Counted from the first letter of the stretch, positions 49,256 to 58,360 are shown. The stretch: DNA of 64,000 bases from Actinomycetota bacterium (GCA_041191965.1 JBEENW010000004.1:39334-103333), one strand, 5' to 3'. Program-made: numbers and translations. The notes: generated by a model from the sequence alone, not told the origin.

Positions 49256-49500
49256 CTGAAGTTCTTGTAACGCTCGTTGAAGCGCTCGACGCGACCTGCG
49301 GAGTCCATGATGCGCTGCTTACCGGTGTAGAACGGGTGGCTAGCAGAGCTGATTTCCACGTCGTAGACCGGGTAGGTCTTTCCGTCTTCCCACTCAATGG
49401 TCTTGTCGCTGGTGATGGTAGCGCGGGTCAGAAAGGCAACGCCAGAGGCTAGGTCGCGGAATACGATTGGCTCGTAGCTTGGGTGAATTTCAGCCTTCAT
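49252..49500 (-). CDS. rpmE2: 50S ribosomal protein L31, type B (no zinc ribbon)
   Basis: MKAEIHPSY start and about 82 aa. It lacks the CxxC pairs of type A L31. Confidence 0.9.
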   Translation of the reverse strand: MKAEIHPSYEPIVFRDLASGVAFLTRATITSDKTIEWEDGKTYPVYDVEISSASHPFYTGKQRIMDSAGRVERFNERYKNFS

Positions 49501-49574
49501 GATTTCCTTCTAGGTTTGAATTCTTTTTGCGAAACGCAACAACCCGAAAGCTTAGCAGAGAAAAGTGATCGGGT

Positions 49575-50357
49575 CTAGGCTGCCCGCACTGAGAATCTGC
49601 CAGCCTCGTAGCTAACTTTTAGTGGATAACGGAAAGTCTCGGAAATGCTCTCCGATGTAATCGTGGAGCCAATCTCTCCGCGGGCCAAAATCTTGCCATC
49701 TTGAACCAGCAGGGCGTGGGTGAAACCGGCTGGGATCTCCTCTAGGTGATGCGTCACCATCGCCATGGCAGGGGCATACGCACTGGTGGCATAACCGCTT
49801 AGAAGACTGATGGTTTGTTCTCTAGCACCTGGATCCAAGGATGCCACTGGCTCATCTAACAGCAGCAGCTCTGGGTCAGTCATAATCGAACGAGCGATCT
49901 GGACTCGCTTACGCTCACCATCGCTCAAAGTTCCAAAAGGTCTCTCGGCGAAGCTGCTCAGCTCCCACTCCCCCAAAACGCGCATCGCTCGACGCTCGTC
50001 GACCGTGTCGTACTCCTCTTTCCAGCGTCCAGTCACTCCGTATGAAGCAGTCATGACAGCGTTTAGAACCGTCTCGCTGTTTGGAATCTGGTTGGCCAGC
50101 GCTGAGGATGCAAATCCTATGCGAGTGCGAAGTTCAAAAACGTTGACCTCACCAAGTCGCTGGCCGAGGACATCGGCGGTTCCTTGGCTTGGCTGAATCT
50201 GAGCGGCACAAACACGCAACATAGTGGTCTTGCCCGCGCCGTTTGGACCAAGAATTACCCAGCGCTGCGATGAATCAGCTTGAAAACTAACGGAGTCGAG
50301 AATGGCTCTGCCATTTCTGACAACACTTACATTTTGCAGATCGATAACGGTAGACAT
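49575..50357 (-). CDS. orphan ABC-transporter ATP-binding protein (no adjacent permease)
   Basis: Walker A GPNGAGKTT, signature LSDGERKR and Walker B LLLLDEP. I place the start at the ATG at 50357. Confidence 0.85.
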   Translation of the reverse strand: MSTVIDLQNVSVVRNGRAILDSVSFQADSSQRWVILGPNGAGKTTMLRVCAAQIQPSQGTADVLGQRLGEVNVFELRTRIGFASSALANQIPNSETVLNAVMTASYGVTGRWKEEYDTVDERRAMRVLGEWELSSFAERPFGTLSDGERKRVQIARSIMTDPELLLLDEPVASLDPGAREQTISLLSGYATSAYAPAMAMVTHHLEEIPAGFTHALLVQDGKILARGEIGSTITSESISETFRYPLKVSYEAGRFSVRAA

Positions 50358-50367
50358 CGCGTAAAGC

Positions 50368-51552
50368 CTAATCTTCAAGGGCTCTTTGATAGACCTCTAT
50401 GGTGCGAGTCGCGATGGACTCCCAGCTGAATTCTTGCCTTGCCCGCTCTCGACCTGCTTCACCAAACTTTTCTAGTTGGTTTGAGGCTAAAGCTTGGTTC
50501 AGAGCTGCTGCCCAATCCGAGACGAACTTATTCTCGTCAATCGGCACGCCAGAGCCATCTTGAACCTGCTCGATTGGCACGAGCCAGCCAGTCTCACCAG
50601 CCACTACCACCTCTGGGATTCCCCCAGTTGCGGTGCCGATGACCGGCGCACCACAGGCCATGGCCTCTAGGTTCACAATTCCAAGTGGCTCGTAAATGGA
50701 GGGGCAGACAAAGAGGTCGGCCTGGGTCAGCAGGGCGGCGAGTTTTGGTTGAGGAAGGTGCTCAGGAATCCAGATCACTCCCGAGCGCGTCTTGGCGAGC
50801 TCTGCAACCAGATCTTCTACCTCTTGTTGAATCTCCTTGGTGTCAGGAGCGCCAGCACATAAAACCAACTGAACGTCGCTTGGTAGCTCCCGCGCTGCCC
50901 GAAGGAAATACGGGAGGCCCTTTTGTCTTGTGATTCTTCCAACGAAGATGACACTGCGGCGGTCTGGGTCTACCCCAAGTTCGCGAACTGTGTCAGGGTC
51001 ATTCACAGGCTGCCACTTGTTTGAGTCGATGCCGTTGTAGACAACTTCAACTCGCGCGGGGTCAAGATCTGGATAACTTCGCAGAATGTCATTCCGCATG
51101 CCGTGAGAGACAGCAATCACGCGCTTTGCTCCCAGGTAAGCAGTGCGCTCAATGTAAGAGGAGAGTTCGTAACCTCCGCCAAGCTGCTCGCGTTTCCACG
51201 GGCGAAGAGGTTCTAGAGAGTGCGCCGTCACAACGTGAGGAATACCGTGAAGCATCGATCCGACATGGCCTGCAAAGTTGGCGTACCAGGTGTGGGAGTG
51301 CACCAGGTCAGCCCCTGCAAGGGCCTGAGCAATCATCAGGTCGACGCCCATGGTTTGCAGCGCGGCGTTGGCATCGGCCAATTCGTGCGGTACCTGGTAA
51401 CCGAGAGTTCCATGCTCGGCGACAGGCTCACCGAAGGCATGAACCCGAGCCTCTATTCGAGATCGCAAAACCTTTACCAACTCGGTGATGTGGACCCCGG
51501 CACCACCGTAAATGTGCGGTGGATACTCTTTGGTAACGAAATCGACTCTCAT
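50368..51552 (-). CDS. glgA: GT4-type glycogen synthase / alpha-maltose-1-phosphate synthase (GlgA/GlgM)
   Basis: N-terminal KEYPPHIYGGAGVHI and C-terminal EPLGIVNLEAMACG. It is divergent from glgC, as in mycobacteria. Confidence 0.88.
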   Translation of the reverse strand: MRVDFVTKEYPPHIYGGAGVHITELVKVLRSRIEARVHAFGEPVAEHGTLGYQVPHELADANAALQTMGVDLMIAQALAGADLVHSHTWYANFAGHVGSMLHGIPHVVTAHSLEPLRPWKREQLGGGYELSSYIERTAYLGAKRVIAVSHGMRNDILRSYPDLDPARVEVVYNGIDSNKWQPVNDPDTVRELGVDPDRRSVIFVGRITRQKGLPYFLRAARELPSDVQLVLCAGAPDTKEIQQEVEDLVAELAKTRSGVIWIPEHLPQPKLAALLTQADLFVCPSIYEPLGIVNLEAMACGAPVIGTATGGIPEVVVAGETGWLVPIEQVQDGSGVPIDENKFVSDWAAALNQALASNQLEKFGEAGRERARQEFSWESIATRTIEVYQRALED

Positions 51553-51558
51553 AGCAAA

Positions 51559-51564
51559 ATGCTA
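51559..51564 (-). promoter_or_regulatory. candidate -10 hexamer TAGCAT (leaderless glgA)
   Basis: The complement reads TAGCAT at -12..-7 of the ATG at 51552, and there is no SD. Confidence 0.45.
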
Positions 51565-51586
51565 GTCCCCGCGTTATTAGAGCAAC

Positions 51587-51592
51587 TAACAT
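51587..51592 (+). promoter_or_regulatory. candidate -10 hexamer TAACAT (leaderless glgC)
   Basis: TAnnnT lies at -12..-7 of the ATG at 51599, and there is no SD. Confidence 0.45.
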
Positions 51593-51598
51593 TTGGCT

Positions 51599-52840
51599 AT
51601 GGGACGTACACGTGTTTTTGGGATGGTTTTAGCCGGCGGTGAGGGAAAGCGGCTGATGCCACTGACGGCCGATCGAGCGAAACCTGCAGTCCCTTTTGCC
51701 GGTAGCTACCGTCTAATCGACTTCGCCCTCTCAAACCTGATCAACTCTGGACTTAGAAGAATTGTCGTACTGACCCAGTACAAGTCCCACTCGCTCGACC
51801 GCCACGTTTCCCAGACCTGGCGCATGTCCCCTTTGCTTGGTGCCTACGTAGCTTCTGTCCCTGCTCAGCAGCGCCTTGGCAAGCGCTGGTATACCGGCAG
51901 CGCAGATGCGATCCTGCAGTCCATGAACGCGCTAAGTGACGAGCGACCTGACTATGTGGTTGTGGTTGGCGCTGACCACGTTTATCGAATGGACTTTGAT
52001 CAAATGTTGCAGTCTCACATCGAATCTGGGATGGAGGCCACGGTAGCTGCAATCAGACAGCCAATTGGGCTTGCACCTCAATTCGGAGTTATCGAGGTAG
52101 ACCCAACCAACCCAACCAAGATTGAGAACTTCAGAGAGAAGCCATCAGATCCCAAGTCGGTACCCGGTGACCCTAGCCAGGCATTGGTCTCCATGGGTAA
52201 CTACATCTTCAACGCTCAGTCGCTGATTGAGGCCATTGAGCTCGACGGTCAAAACGAAGACTCTTCCCACGACATGGGTGGCGACATCATCCCCTACTTC
52301 GTGAATAAGGGAACTGCCGGGGCGTATGACTTCACCTACAACGAGATTCCGGGTGCTACCGACAGAGACAAGTCTTACTGGCGCGATGTTGGAACCATCG
52401 ACAGCTACTACGACGCTCACATGGACCTGATTTCGACCATGCCGATCTTCAACCTCTACAACTCAGATTGGCCGGTTTATAACCAACAGATCAATCTGCC
52501 GCCAGCAAAGTTCATTCACGACTCCGAGGGAAACCAGGGTCGCACCAACGATTCAATCGTGAGCTTGGGTGTTGTGGTCTCGGGAGGAATTGTCGAGCGA
52601 AGTGTGCTCTCCCCTAATGTCAGAGTCGCATCTAGAAGCCTGATCACAGACTCCGTGCTTTTGGACAATGTCCAAATCGGCCGCGATTGCACTATTCGTA
52701 AGGCAATTCTGGACAAGGACGTAGTCATCGCAGATGGGGCCAGCATCGGTGTGAACCGAGAGCGCGACCTCGAACGAGGTCTAACCGTGACCGACTCCGG
52801 CATTGTGGTTGTTGCCAAGGGGTTGTTGGTCAAACCTTGA
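51599..52840 (+). CDS. glgC: glucose-1-phosphate adenylyltransferase
   Basis: [13 protein letters not shown] and a left-handed beta-helix C-terminus. I place the start at the ATG at 51599 rather than the TTG at 51593, on promoter geometry. Confidence 0.93.
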   Translation: MGRTRVFGMVLAGGEGKRLMPLTADRAKPAVPFAGSYRLIDFALSNLINSGLRRIVVLTQYKSHSLDRHVSQTWRMSPLLGAYVASVPAQQRLGKRWYTGSADAILQSMNALSDERPDYVVVVGADHVYRMDFDQMLQSHIESGMEATVAAIRQPIGLAPQFGVIEVDPTNPTKIENFREKPSDPKSVPGDPSQALVSMGNYIFNAQSLIEAIELDGQNEDSSHDMGGDIIPYFVNKGTAGAYDFTYNEIPGATDRDKSYWRDVGTIDSYYDAHMDLISTMPIFNLYNSDWPVYNQQINLPPAKFIHDSEGNQGRTNDSIVSLGVVVSGGIVERSVLSPNVRVASRSLITDSVLLDNVQIGRDCTIRKAILDKDVVIADGASIGVNRERDLERGLTVTDSGIVVVAKGLLVKP

Positions 52841-53466
52841 GTCGTTTTTTAGTGGTCTTCGATGTTGACTCAACGCTTATCGAAGATGAGGCAATTGAAT
52901 TACTAGCTGAGCGCGCTGGGAAGCGGGACGAGGTGGCCGCCGTCACTGAGCGCGCGATGCGTGGAGAGCTGGACTTCGCGGAAAGTCTGATTGAGCGTGT
53001 GGCCACGCTTAGGGGTTTACCGGAAACGGTATTGGCCGAGGTTTCCTACCAACTAAAACCAACCAAGGGAGCGGCTGAGTTAGTGAGCGCTATTCATGAA
53101 CGTGATGGTCTTGCCGCTGCGGTATCGGGTGGCTTCATACAGCTACTCGGTCCAGTGAAAAAAGCAATCGGCTTTGATTTTGAGCGAGCAAACACCCTTG
53201 AGGTAATCAACGGCACACTTACCGGCAAGGTGCTTGGAGCAATCATTGACCGTGAGGCCAAGGCAGAGTCTCTAAAGAGCTGGGCTGAAGAGCTAGAAAT
53301 CCCTTTGGTTCGAACCATTGCAGTTGGAGATGGCGCAAACGACCTTGGCATGATGGCGGTGGCAGGGCTTTCGGTTGCGTTCTGCGCTAAGCCTGTAGTC
53401 CGTGAAAAAGCAAAGATCGCGCTCAACGAGCGCGATCTTTCAAAGCTAATTCCGTTACTGCCCTAG
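52837..53466 (+). CDS. serB: phosphoserine phosphatase (HAD family)
   Basis: [11 protein letters not shown] and GDGANDL motifs. The TTG start overlaps the glgC stop. Confidence 0.8.
   Translation: MSRFLVVFDVDSTLIEDEAIELLAERAGKRDEVAAVTERAMRGELDFAESLIERVATLRGLPETVLAEVSYQLKPTKGAAELVSAIHERDGLAAAVSGGFIQLLGPVKKAIGFDFERANTLEVINGTLTGKVLGAIIDREAKAESLKSWAEELEIPLVRTIAVGDGANDLGMMAVAGLSVAFCAKPVVREKAKIALNERDLSKLIPLLP
53404..53440 (-). terminator. intrinsic terminator of fabG-fabI, embedded in the serB coding sequence
   Basis: Perfect 13-nt arms AAAGATCGCGCTC / GAGCGCGATCTTT with a 3-nt loop. On the minus strand they are followed by GCUUUUUC. The hairpin starts 22 nt after the fabI stop. Confidence 0.8.
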
Positions 53467-54230
53467 GCGCCGGTTGAGTGCAGACCACCATCGACGTGAA
53501 TCATTTCACCGGTGGTAGCTGGGAACCAGTCGCTCAATAGCGCAACCAGACCCTTAGCTGCCGCTTCGGTGTCGGTTAGGTCCCAACCAAGTGGAGCGCG
53601 GTCGGTCCAGAGCTCCTCCATGGTCGCAAAGCCTGGAATGCCCTTTGCGGCTGTGGTGCGCAGCGGGCCTGCGGAAACTAGGTTCACACGAATTCCCTTG
53701 TCACCAAGGTACCTGGCAAGGTAGCGAGAGGTTGACTCGAAGGCTGCCTTGGCCACACCCATCCAGTCATAGACCGGCCAGGAGACTGTTGCGTCGAAAG
53801 TGAGTCCGACAACCGAGCTTGGGTTATTCAAAACTGGCACGCAGGCTGCGGTGATGGCCTTGAGCGAGTAGGCAGAAACCTCAACAGCGGTTGAAACATC
53901 TGACCACTCGGTCTCCATGAAGTTTCCACCGAGAGCGGTCTGCGGTGCGAAAGCAATAGCGTGAACGATGCCATCGAGGCTACCCAGGTGCTCTTTGACG
54001 TGACCGGGCAGTGCCGCAAGGTGCTCTGCATTGGTGGCATCTAGCTCGATGACCTTCACTGGCTTAGGCAAGCGCTCTGCAATCTTTGTGGTGATGGGAA
54101 GCATGCGCCCGAAAGAGCTGAGAAGAACCTCGGCCCCTTGCTCTTGGGCTAGGCGGGCTGCCGAGAAAGCGATTGACGCCTCAGTCAGCACTCCAGTTAC
54201 AAGAATCTTCTTACCTTCGAGAATTCCCAA
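53463..54230 (-). CDS. fabI: NADH-dependent enoyl-ACP reductase (InhA/FabI type)
   Basis: Close resemblance to InhA throughout: GKKILVTGV, SIAFSAARLAQEQGAEV and WMGVAKAAFES. Confidence 0.9.
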   Translation of the reverse strand: MGILEGKKILVTGVLTEASIAFSAARLAQEQGAEVLLSSFGRMLPITTKIAERLPKPVKVIELDATNAEHLAALPGHVKEHLGSLDGIVHAIAFAPQTALGGNFMETEWSDVSTAVEVSAYSLKAITAACVPVLNNPSSVVGLTFDATVSWPVYDWMGVAKAAFESTSRYLARYLGDKGIRVNLVSAGPLRTTAAKGIPGFATMEELWTDRAPLGWDLTDTEAAAKGLVALLSDWFPATTGEMIHVDGGLHSTGA

Positions 54231-54264
54231 CGTATCTCCTTATGTGATTGAGAAAAAACTACAC

Positions 54265-54975
54265 CTAGTGACCCATTCCAAGGCCGCCATCCACGGGGAT
54301 AACTGCACCTGAAATGTAGCTGGCCTCATCGGATGCAAGCCAACGAACTACCTTGGCAACCTCTTGAGGCGCCGCGAAGCGACCGGCTGGAATACGTTGC
54401 TTGTAACCAGCGATCAGTTCTTCCGATAGCTCTGCGGTCATGTCGGTATCAATGAAACCGGGGGCAACGACATTTGCGGTGATGTTTCTGCCACCGAGCT
54501 CGCGAGTGATGCTTCTGGCCATTCCGACCAGGGCGCTCTTGGTTGCCGAGTAGTTCACCTGTCCTGCACTTCCGAGCAGTCCTACTACGCTGCCAATCAG
54601 AATCACGCGTCCAAACTTTGCTTTCAGCATGCCCTTAGTGACTCTGCGAAGAACTCTGAAAACGCCATTTAGGTTGGTGTTTACGACCGTTTCGAATTCC
54701 TCATCGCTCATGCGCATCAGGAGCGTGTCCTTGGTGATTCCAGCATTCGCCACCAAGACTTCAATTGGCCCGAGTTCGGCCTCAACCTCGGCGATTGCGG
54801 CATCTAGAGATTCACCATCAGTGACATCGGCCCGAACGGTTAGTGAGCCCTCAGGTCCAGAACCCGAGCGTGCGGTTACAGCGACCTTGTAGCCGCTAGC
54901 CAAGAACTCCTCGGCAATTGCAAAACCGATTCCGCGGTTACCACCGGTCACTAAAACTGTGCGGGCTGATTCCAA
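54265..54975 (-). CDS. fabG: 3-oxoacyl-ACP reductase
   Basis: VTGGNRGIG and YSATKSAL motifs. An AAGGAG RBS precedes the TTG start. The gene lies upstream of fabI, as in mabA-inhA. Confidence 0.9.
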   Translation of the reverse strand: MESARTVLVTGGNRGIGFAIAEEFLASGYKVAVTARSGSGPEGSLTVRADVTDGESLDAAIAEVEAELGPIEVLVANAGITKDTLLMRMSDEEFETVVNTNLNGVFRVLRRVTKGMLKAKFGRVILIGSVVGLLGSAGQVNYSATKSALVGMARSITRELGGRNITANVVAPGFIDTDMTAELSEELIAGYKQRIPAGRFAAPQEVAKVVRWLASDEASYISGAVIPVDGGLGMGH

Positions 54976-55062
54976 AATGAGCTCCTTGCGGGAATACGAT
55001 TGCTGCAGAAGTGCTTGAAAACCACAGTTTAGTAATGGCTTGAAGAGAAAAGCGGTAACCCG

Positions 55063-55356
55063 GTGGCTCAGCGACAGAGTGCAACCTCACTCAACATCTC
55101 TCCAGATGAGGAGCGTCGCTCTCGCATGATCAAATACACCGTTGCGATGAGCGTGCGAATGGTTTGCATCGTGGCCGGTGTGTTTGCCCAAGGCTGGCTG
55201 ATGTGGGTCCTATTTGGGCTTGCCATCTTTCTCCCCTACTTTGCTGTGATTGTTGCAAATGCCCAGGGTCCCGCTGAAGACAAGTCGGTTTCAAAGTTGG
55301 TTGCACCCAAGCTCACCCTAAAGTCCAACGACATCAAGATTGTTGATGAGCAGTAA
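55063..55356 (+). CDS. DUF3099-like small membrane protein
   Basis: 97 aa with two TM helices and the LPYFAVIVANA motif. Confidence 0.65.
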   Translation: MAQRQSATSLNISPDEERRSRMIKYTVAMSVRMVCIVAGVFAQGWLMWVLFGLAIFLPYFAVIVANAQGPAEDKSVSKLVAPKLTLKSNDIKIVDEQ

Positions 55357-55543
55357 ATGCTCAAGAGCTGGTTGCACTAACCAGGCAATTTCTCTGATCT
55401 TTTGGCGAAACCCCAAGGTTCACTCTCCCGACCGGGAGAAAACTTGGGGGGCGTGTCAGGAGCACGAGGGTTATCTGATTGACTATCTATCAGCAAGATC
55501 CTTTTTTCTGAGATGCGAACCCTTTGAAAATGAATCAAATTAG
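55346..55543 (+). CDS. possible small Cys/His-rich protein (coding status uncertain)
   Basis: The ORF bridges DUF3099 and SURF1 and overlaps both. It has a CX4C...CX2H pattern (KCSRAGC, ACQEH). Third-position GC is lower than in its neighbours by hand count. Confidence 0.35.
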   Translation: MSSKCSRAGCTNQAISLIFWRNPKVHSPDREKTWGACQEHEGYLIDYLSARSFFLRCEPFENESN

Positions 55544-56318
55544 ACGCTGGGCCCCCTGGTTTGCCCTGGTTGTCTTGTTCTCAATAGCGACTTCGCTCCT
55601 GAGCTGGTGGCAGTTCACAAGAAGAGATGAGCGAGTCCAGCGCATCGAGCAGGTGTTGGAAAATTACGACCAATCACCGGTTTTGTATCCAAGGGGCGAG
55701 GTCGAAGAATCACTTTCCAGCTGGGAGTGGCGTCCGGTAAAGATCTCCGGACGATATCTTCCTGAAAGTGCGGTTGTGGTGAGAAATCGCCCGCTTTCCG
55801 GACAAGCAGGTTTTCTACAGGTCATCCCCTTTGAACTAAGTGACGGCACCATCCTTGCAATCGAACGAGGTTGGATTCCCGCTGGTAGTCCAATCACTAC
55901 CCCACTCTCCAATCCCCTGCCCGACTCAGCGCCGCGTGAGCTGGTAGTTAGGCTTCGTGCCTCCGAGCCGAGTCAACAACGAGGCGCGGTGCAGGGGCAG
56001 CTCGCTTCAATTGCACCTGCGGAACTTCAAGGTTTGAGTCCAGAAAAACTTGTTACCAGTCACTACGGCAGACTTGTTTCTGAGAATCCGGAGTCCGGCC
56101 AGGTACCCATGCCTATGCCCAAGCCATCGCTTGATGAAGGCAACCATCTCTCCTACGCACTTCAATGGGTGCTCTTTGGGCTGATGGCTTTTGCGGCGTT
56201 TATCTGGGCCGTTCGCAACGAAAGAAGATTGAGACTCGAAGAGCAGGGTCTACTCCAGCCCAAGACCAAGCGCAAGAACCAGGCACAGTTGGACGCCGAG
56301 ATCGAAGATGCTGGCTAA
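55524..56318 (+). CDS. SURF1-family cytochrome oxidase biogenesis protein
   Basis: N- and C-terminal TM helices, plus WWQFTRRDERV, ERGWIP and HLSYALQWVLFG. Confidence 0.8.
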   Translation: MKMNQIRRWAPWFALVVLFSIATSLLSWWQFTRRDERVQRIEQVLENYDQSPVLYPRGEVEESLSSWEWRPVKISGRYLPESAVVVRNRPLSGQAGFLQVIPFELSDGTILAIERGWIPAGSPITTPLSNPLPDSAPRELVVRLRASEPSQQRGAVQGQLASIAPAELQGLSPEKLVTSHYGRLVSENPESGQVPMPMPKPSLDEGNHLSYALQWVLFGLMAFAAFIWAVRNERRLRLEEQGLLQPKTKRKNQAQLDAEIEDAG

Positions 56319-56901
56319 ACTTGGGGCAAATCTTGAAGGGATACCAATTTTGAGCACTGCAGTAATTCTTGATCGTTATGTCCCAAGAACCATAACCTCA
56401 GACATTGCTCTGGTTGGTTCTGGCGCGCTCCTGATCGCCATCGCAGCTCAAATACAGGTTCCAATGATTCCGGTCCCAATGACCATGCAGACGTTCGCGG
56501 TTTTGCTTGTCGCTGCTGCGCTTGGATTTTCAAGAGGCGCAGCAAGCGCAGCGCTCTACCTAGCCCTTGGTGCAGTTGGCCTCCCAGTATTCGCTGGTGC
56601 CGCAGCCCTGAAGGCGGCCATGCCAACTATCGGTTACCTAGTCGGATTCGTCGCTGCTGCCGCCCTGATTGGCTACTTGTCAGAGCGTGGCTATGCCAAG
56701 AACCCGCTCAAACTAGCCTTCGCATTCGTTGCTGGTAGCGCCGTCGTCTATGCAATGGGAGTCATTGGCCTGATGGCCATCCTCGGCATCGACATGCAGA
56801 CCGCGATTCAGATTGGCGTTGTCCCGTTTTTGATTGGTGATGCTTTAAAGGCGGCCCTAGCCGCGGCGCTTCTTCCAGTTGCGTGGAAGTTCACCAAGTA
56901 G
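56308..56901 (+). CDS. bioY: biotin transporter BioY (solitary)
   Basis: Six hydrophobic helices, GYLVGF and PFLIGDALKA motifs. Confidence 0.88.
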   Translation: MLAKLGANLEGIPILSTAVILDRYVPRTITSDIALVGSGALLIAIAAQIQVPMIPVPMTMQTFAVLLVAAALGFSRGAASAALYLALGAVGLPVFAGAAALKAAMPTIGYLVGFVAAAALIGYLSERGYAKNPLKLAFAFVAGSAVVYAMGVIGLMAILGIDMQTAIQIGVVPFLIGDALKAALAAALLPVAWKFTK

Positions 56902-56912
56902 TTTTTAGCAAC

Positions 56913-56942
56913 AAAAAAGCCCGGCGATTGCCGGGCTTTTTT
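56913..56942. terminator. bidirectional intrinsic terminator (bioY / SUF operon)
   Basis: AAAAAAGCCCGGC-GATT-GCCGGGCTTTTTT: perfect 13-nt arms with A/T tracts on both sides. Confidence 0.9.
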
Positions 56943-56943
56943 C

Positions 56944-57276
56944 TTAGATCGAGAATCCGATCGCGCGCATCATTTCTTTGCCGTCCTCGGTGATTCGCTC
57001 TGGACCCCATGGTGGCATCCAAACCCAGTTGATTCTGAAAGCCTCAACCACGTTGTCCAGCGCCTGAGCAGTCTGCTCCTCGATGACATCGGTGAGCGGG
57101 CAGCCAGCACTGGTTAGCGTCATGTTGATCAGCAAGGCGCCATCGGATGACTCTTGCAGGCCGTAGACGAGACCCAGGTCAACAATATTGACTCCGATCT
57201 CGGGGTCGATGATTTCCTTCATCGCCTCCAGAACCTGGTCGTAGCGCTCAGGAGTGAGCTCTTTTACTTCGTTCAT
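56944..57276 (-). CDS. sufT: DUF59/SufT-like Fe-S assembly protein
   Basis: Conserved Cys in TSAGCPL. It is the last gene of the SUF operon. Confidence 0.85.
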   Translation of the reverse strand: MNEVKELTPERYDQVLEAMKEIIDPEIGVNIVDLGLVYGLQESSDGALLINMTLTSAGCPLTDVIEEQTAQALDNVVEAFRINWVWMPPWGPERITEDGKEMMRAIGFSI

Positions 57277-58031
57277 ACATTGGCCTTCAGGTAACGGTCG
57301 TAACCCTCCGCCTCTAGTCTCTCTGCCAGCTCTGGCCCACCCTGCTCAGCAACCTTGCCTGCCACGAATACGTGAACGAAGTCCGGCTGGATGTAGCGCA
57401 GGATGCGGGTGTAGTGGGTGATTAGCAACACGCCCAGGTCAGTGTTTGCCTTGGCGCGGTTCACGCCCTCAGAAACAATCTTGAGCGCGTCGACGTCCAA
57501 ACCTGAGTCGGTCTCGTCCAGGATTGCGATCTTTGGCTTGAGAAGCTCAAGCTGCAAGATCTCGTGACGCTTCTTCTCACCACCGGAGAATCCCTCATTG
57601 ACATTGCGCTCGGTGAAGTCTGGATCCATGCGCAGGTTGTTCATGGCGGTCTTTAGATCGCCAACCCACTGGCGCAGCTGTGGAGCCTCACCGCTGATGG
57701 CGGTCTTTGCGGTTCTGAGGAAGTTAGAAACGGAAACTCCTGGCACCTCGACCGGATACTGCATGGCCAGGAACAGACCCGCGCGAGCACGCTCGTCCAC
57801 TTCCATCTCCAAGACGTTCTCGCCGTCTAGCAAGATCTCACCATCGGTTACCTCGTACTTTGGGTGACCTGCGACCGAATAGGCCAAAGTTGACTTGCCA
57901 GAACCGTTTGGGCCCATTACCGCGTGGGTCTCGCCTGAGCGAATGGTTAGGTCTACACCACGCAGAATCTGCTTCGGTCCCTGGTCGGTGTTGACCGAGA
58001 CGTGCAGGTTCTTAATTTCTAGAGTTGCCAT
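57273..58031 (-). CDS. sufC: Fe-S cluster assembly ATPase SufC
   Basis: GPNGSGKST, FSGGEKKR and ILDETDSGLD motifs. Confidence 0.97.
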   Translation of the reverse strand: MATLEIKNLHVSVNTDQGPKQILRGVDLTIRSGETHAVMGPNGSGKSTLAYSVAGHPKYEVTDGEILLDGENVLEMEVDERARAGLFLAMQYPVEVPGVSVSNFLRTAKTAISGEAPQLRQWVGDLKTAMNNLRMDPDFTERNVNEGFSGGEKKRHEILQLELLKPKIAILDETDSGLDVDALKIVSEGVNRAKANTDLGVLLITHYTRILRYIQPDFVHVFVAGKVAEQGGPELAERLEAEGYDRYLKANV

Positions 58032-58049
58032 GATTTCCTTACCTAAGTC

Positions 58050-58358
58050 CTATTCGTATTCCACGTAAATGTCGTTGTTGTCGATCAGCACCTCGTAGGT
58101 GGCAACCGGCTCGTAAGCAGGCAAGCTCAGTGGCTTGCCGGTGTTTAGGTCAAATTTCGCACCGTGCGCCCAGCACTCCACGGTCTCGTTGTCCACGAAG
58201 CCCTCTGATAGCGAGATCTCACCGTGAGAACACTTGTCATCAAGTGCCTTAACCTCACCGTTTGGGGTGCGGATGATTGCGATTGCATGGTCGTTGATCT
58301 TGACCCTGATCGCCTTGCCTGGCTTTAGGTCGTCGAGTGAACAAATCTTGGTTGCCAT
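58050..58358 (-). CDS. Rieske-type [2Fe-2S] ferredoxin
   Basis: CSHGE...CWAHGAKF ligand pairs. 102 aa, located between sufD and sufC as in Streptomyces. Confidence 0.85.
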   Translation of the reverse strand: MATKICSLDDLKPGKAIRVKINDHAIAIIRTPNGEVKALDDKCSHGEISLSEGFVDNETVECWAHGAKFDLNTGKPLSLPAYEPVATYEVLIDNNDIYVEYE

Positions 58359-58360
58359 GC

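Noticed and set aside
49501-49574. An expected Zur box upstream of the zinc-independent (type B) L31 gene.
   Set aside because: I could not find a TGAAAA-N-TTTTCA-like palindrome in the 74-nt spacer. Only a strong GAAGGA RBS and the short TTGCG/CGCAA palindrome are present. No claim about zinc regulation can be made from this window.
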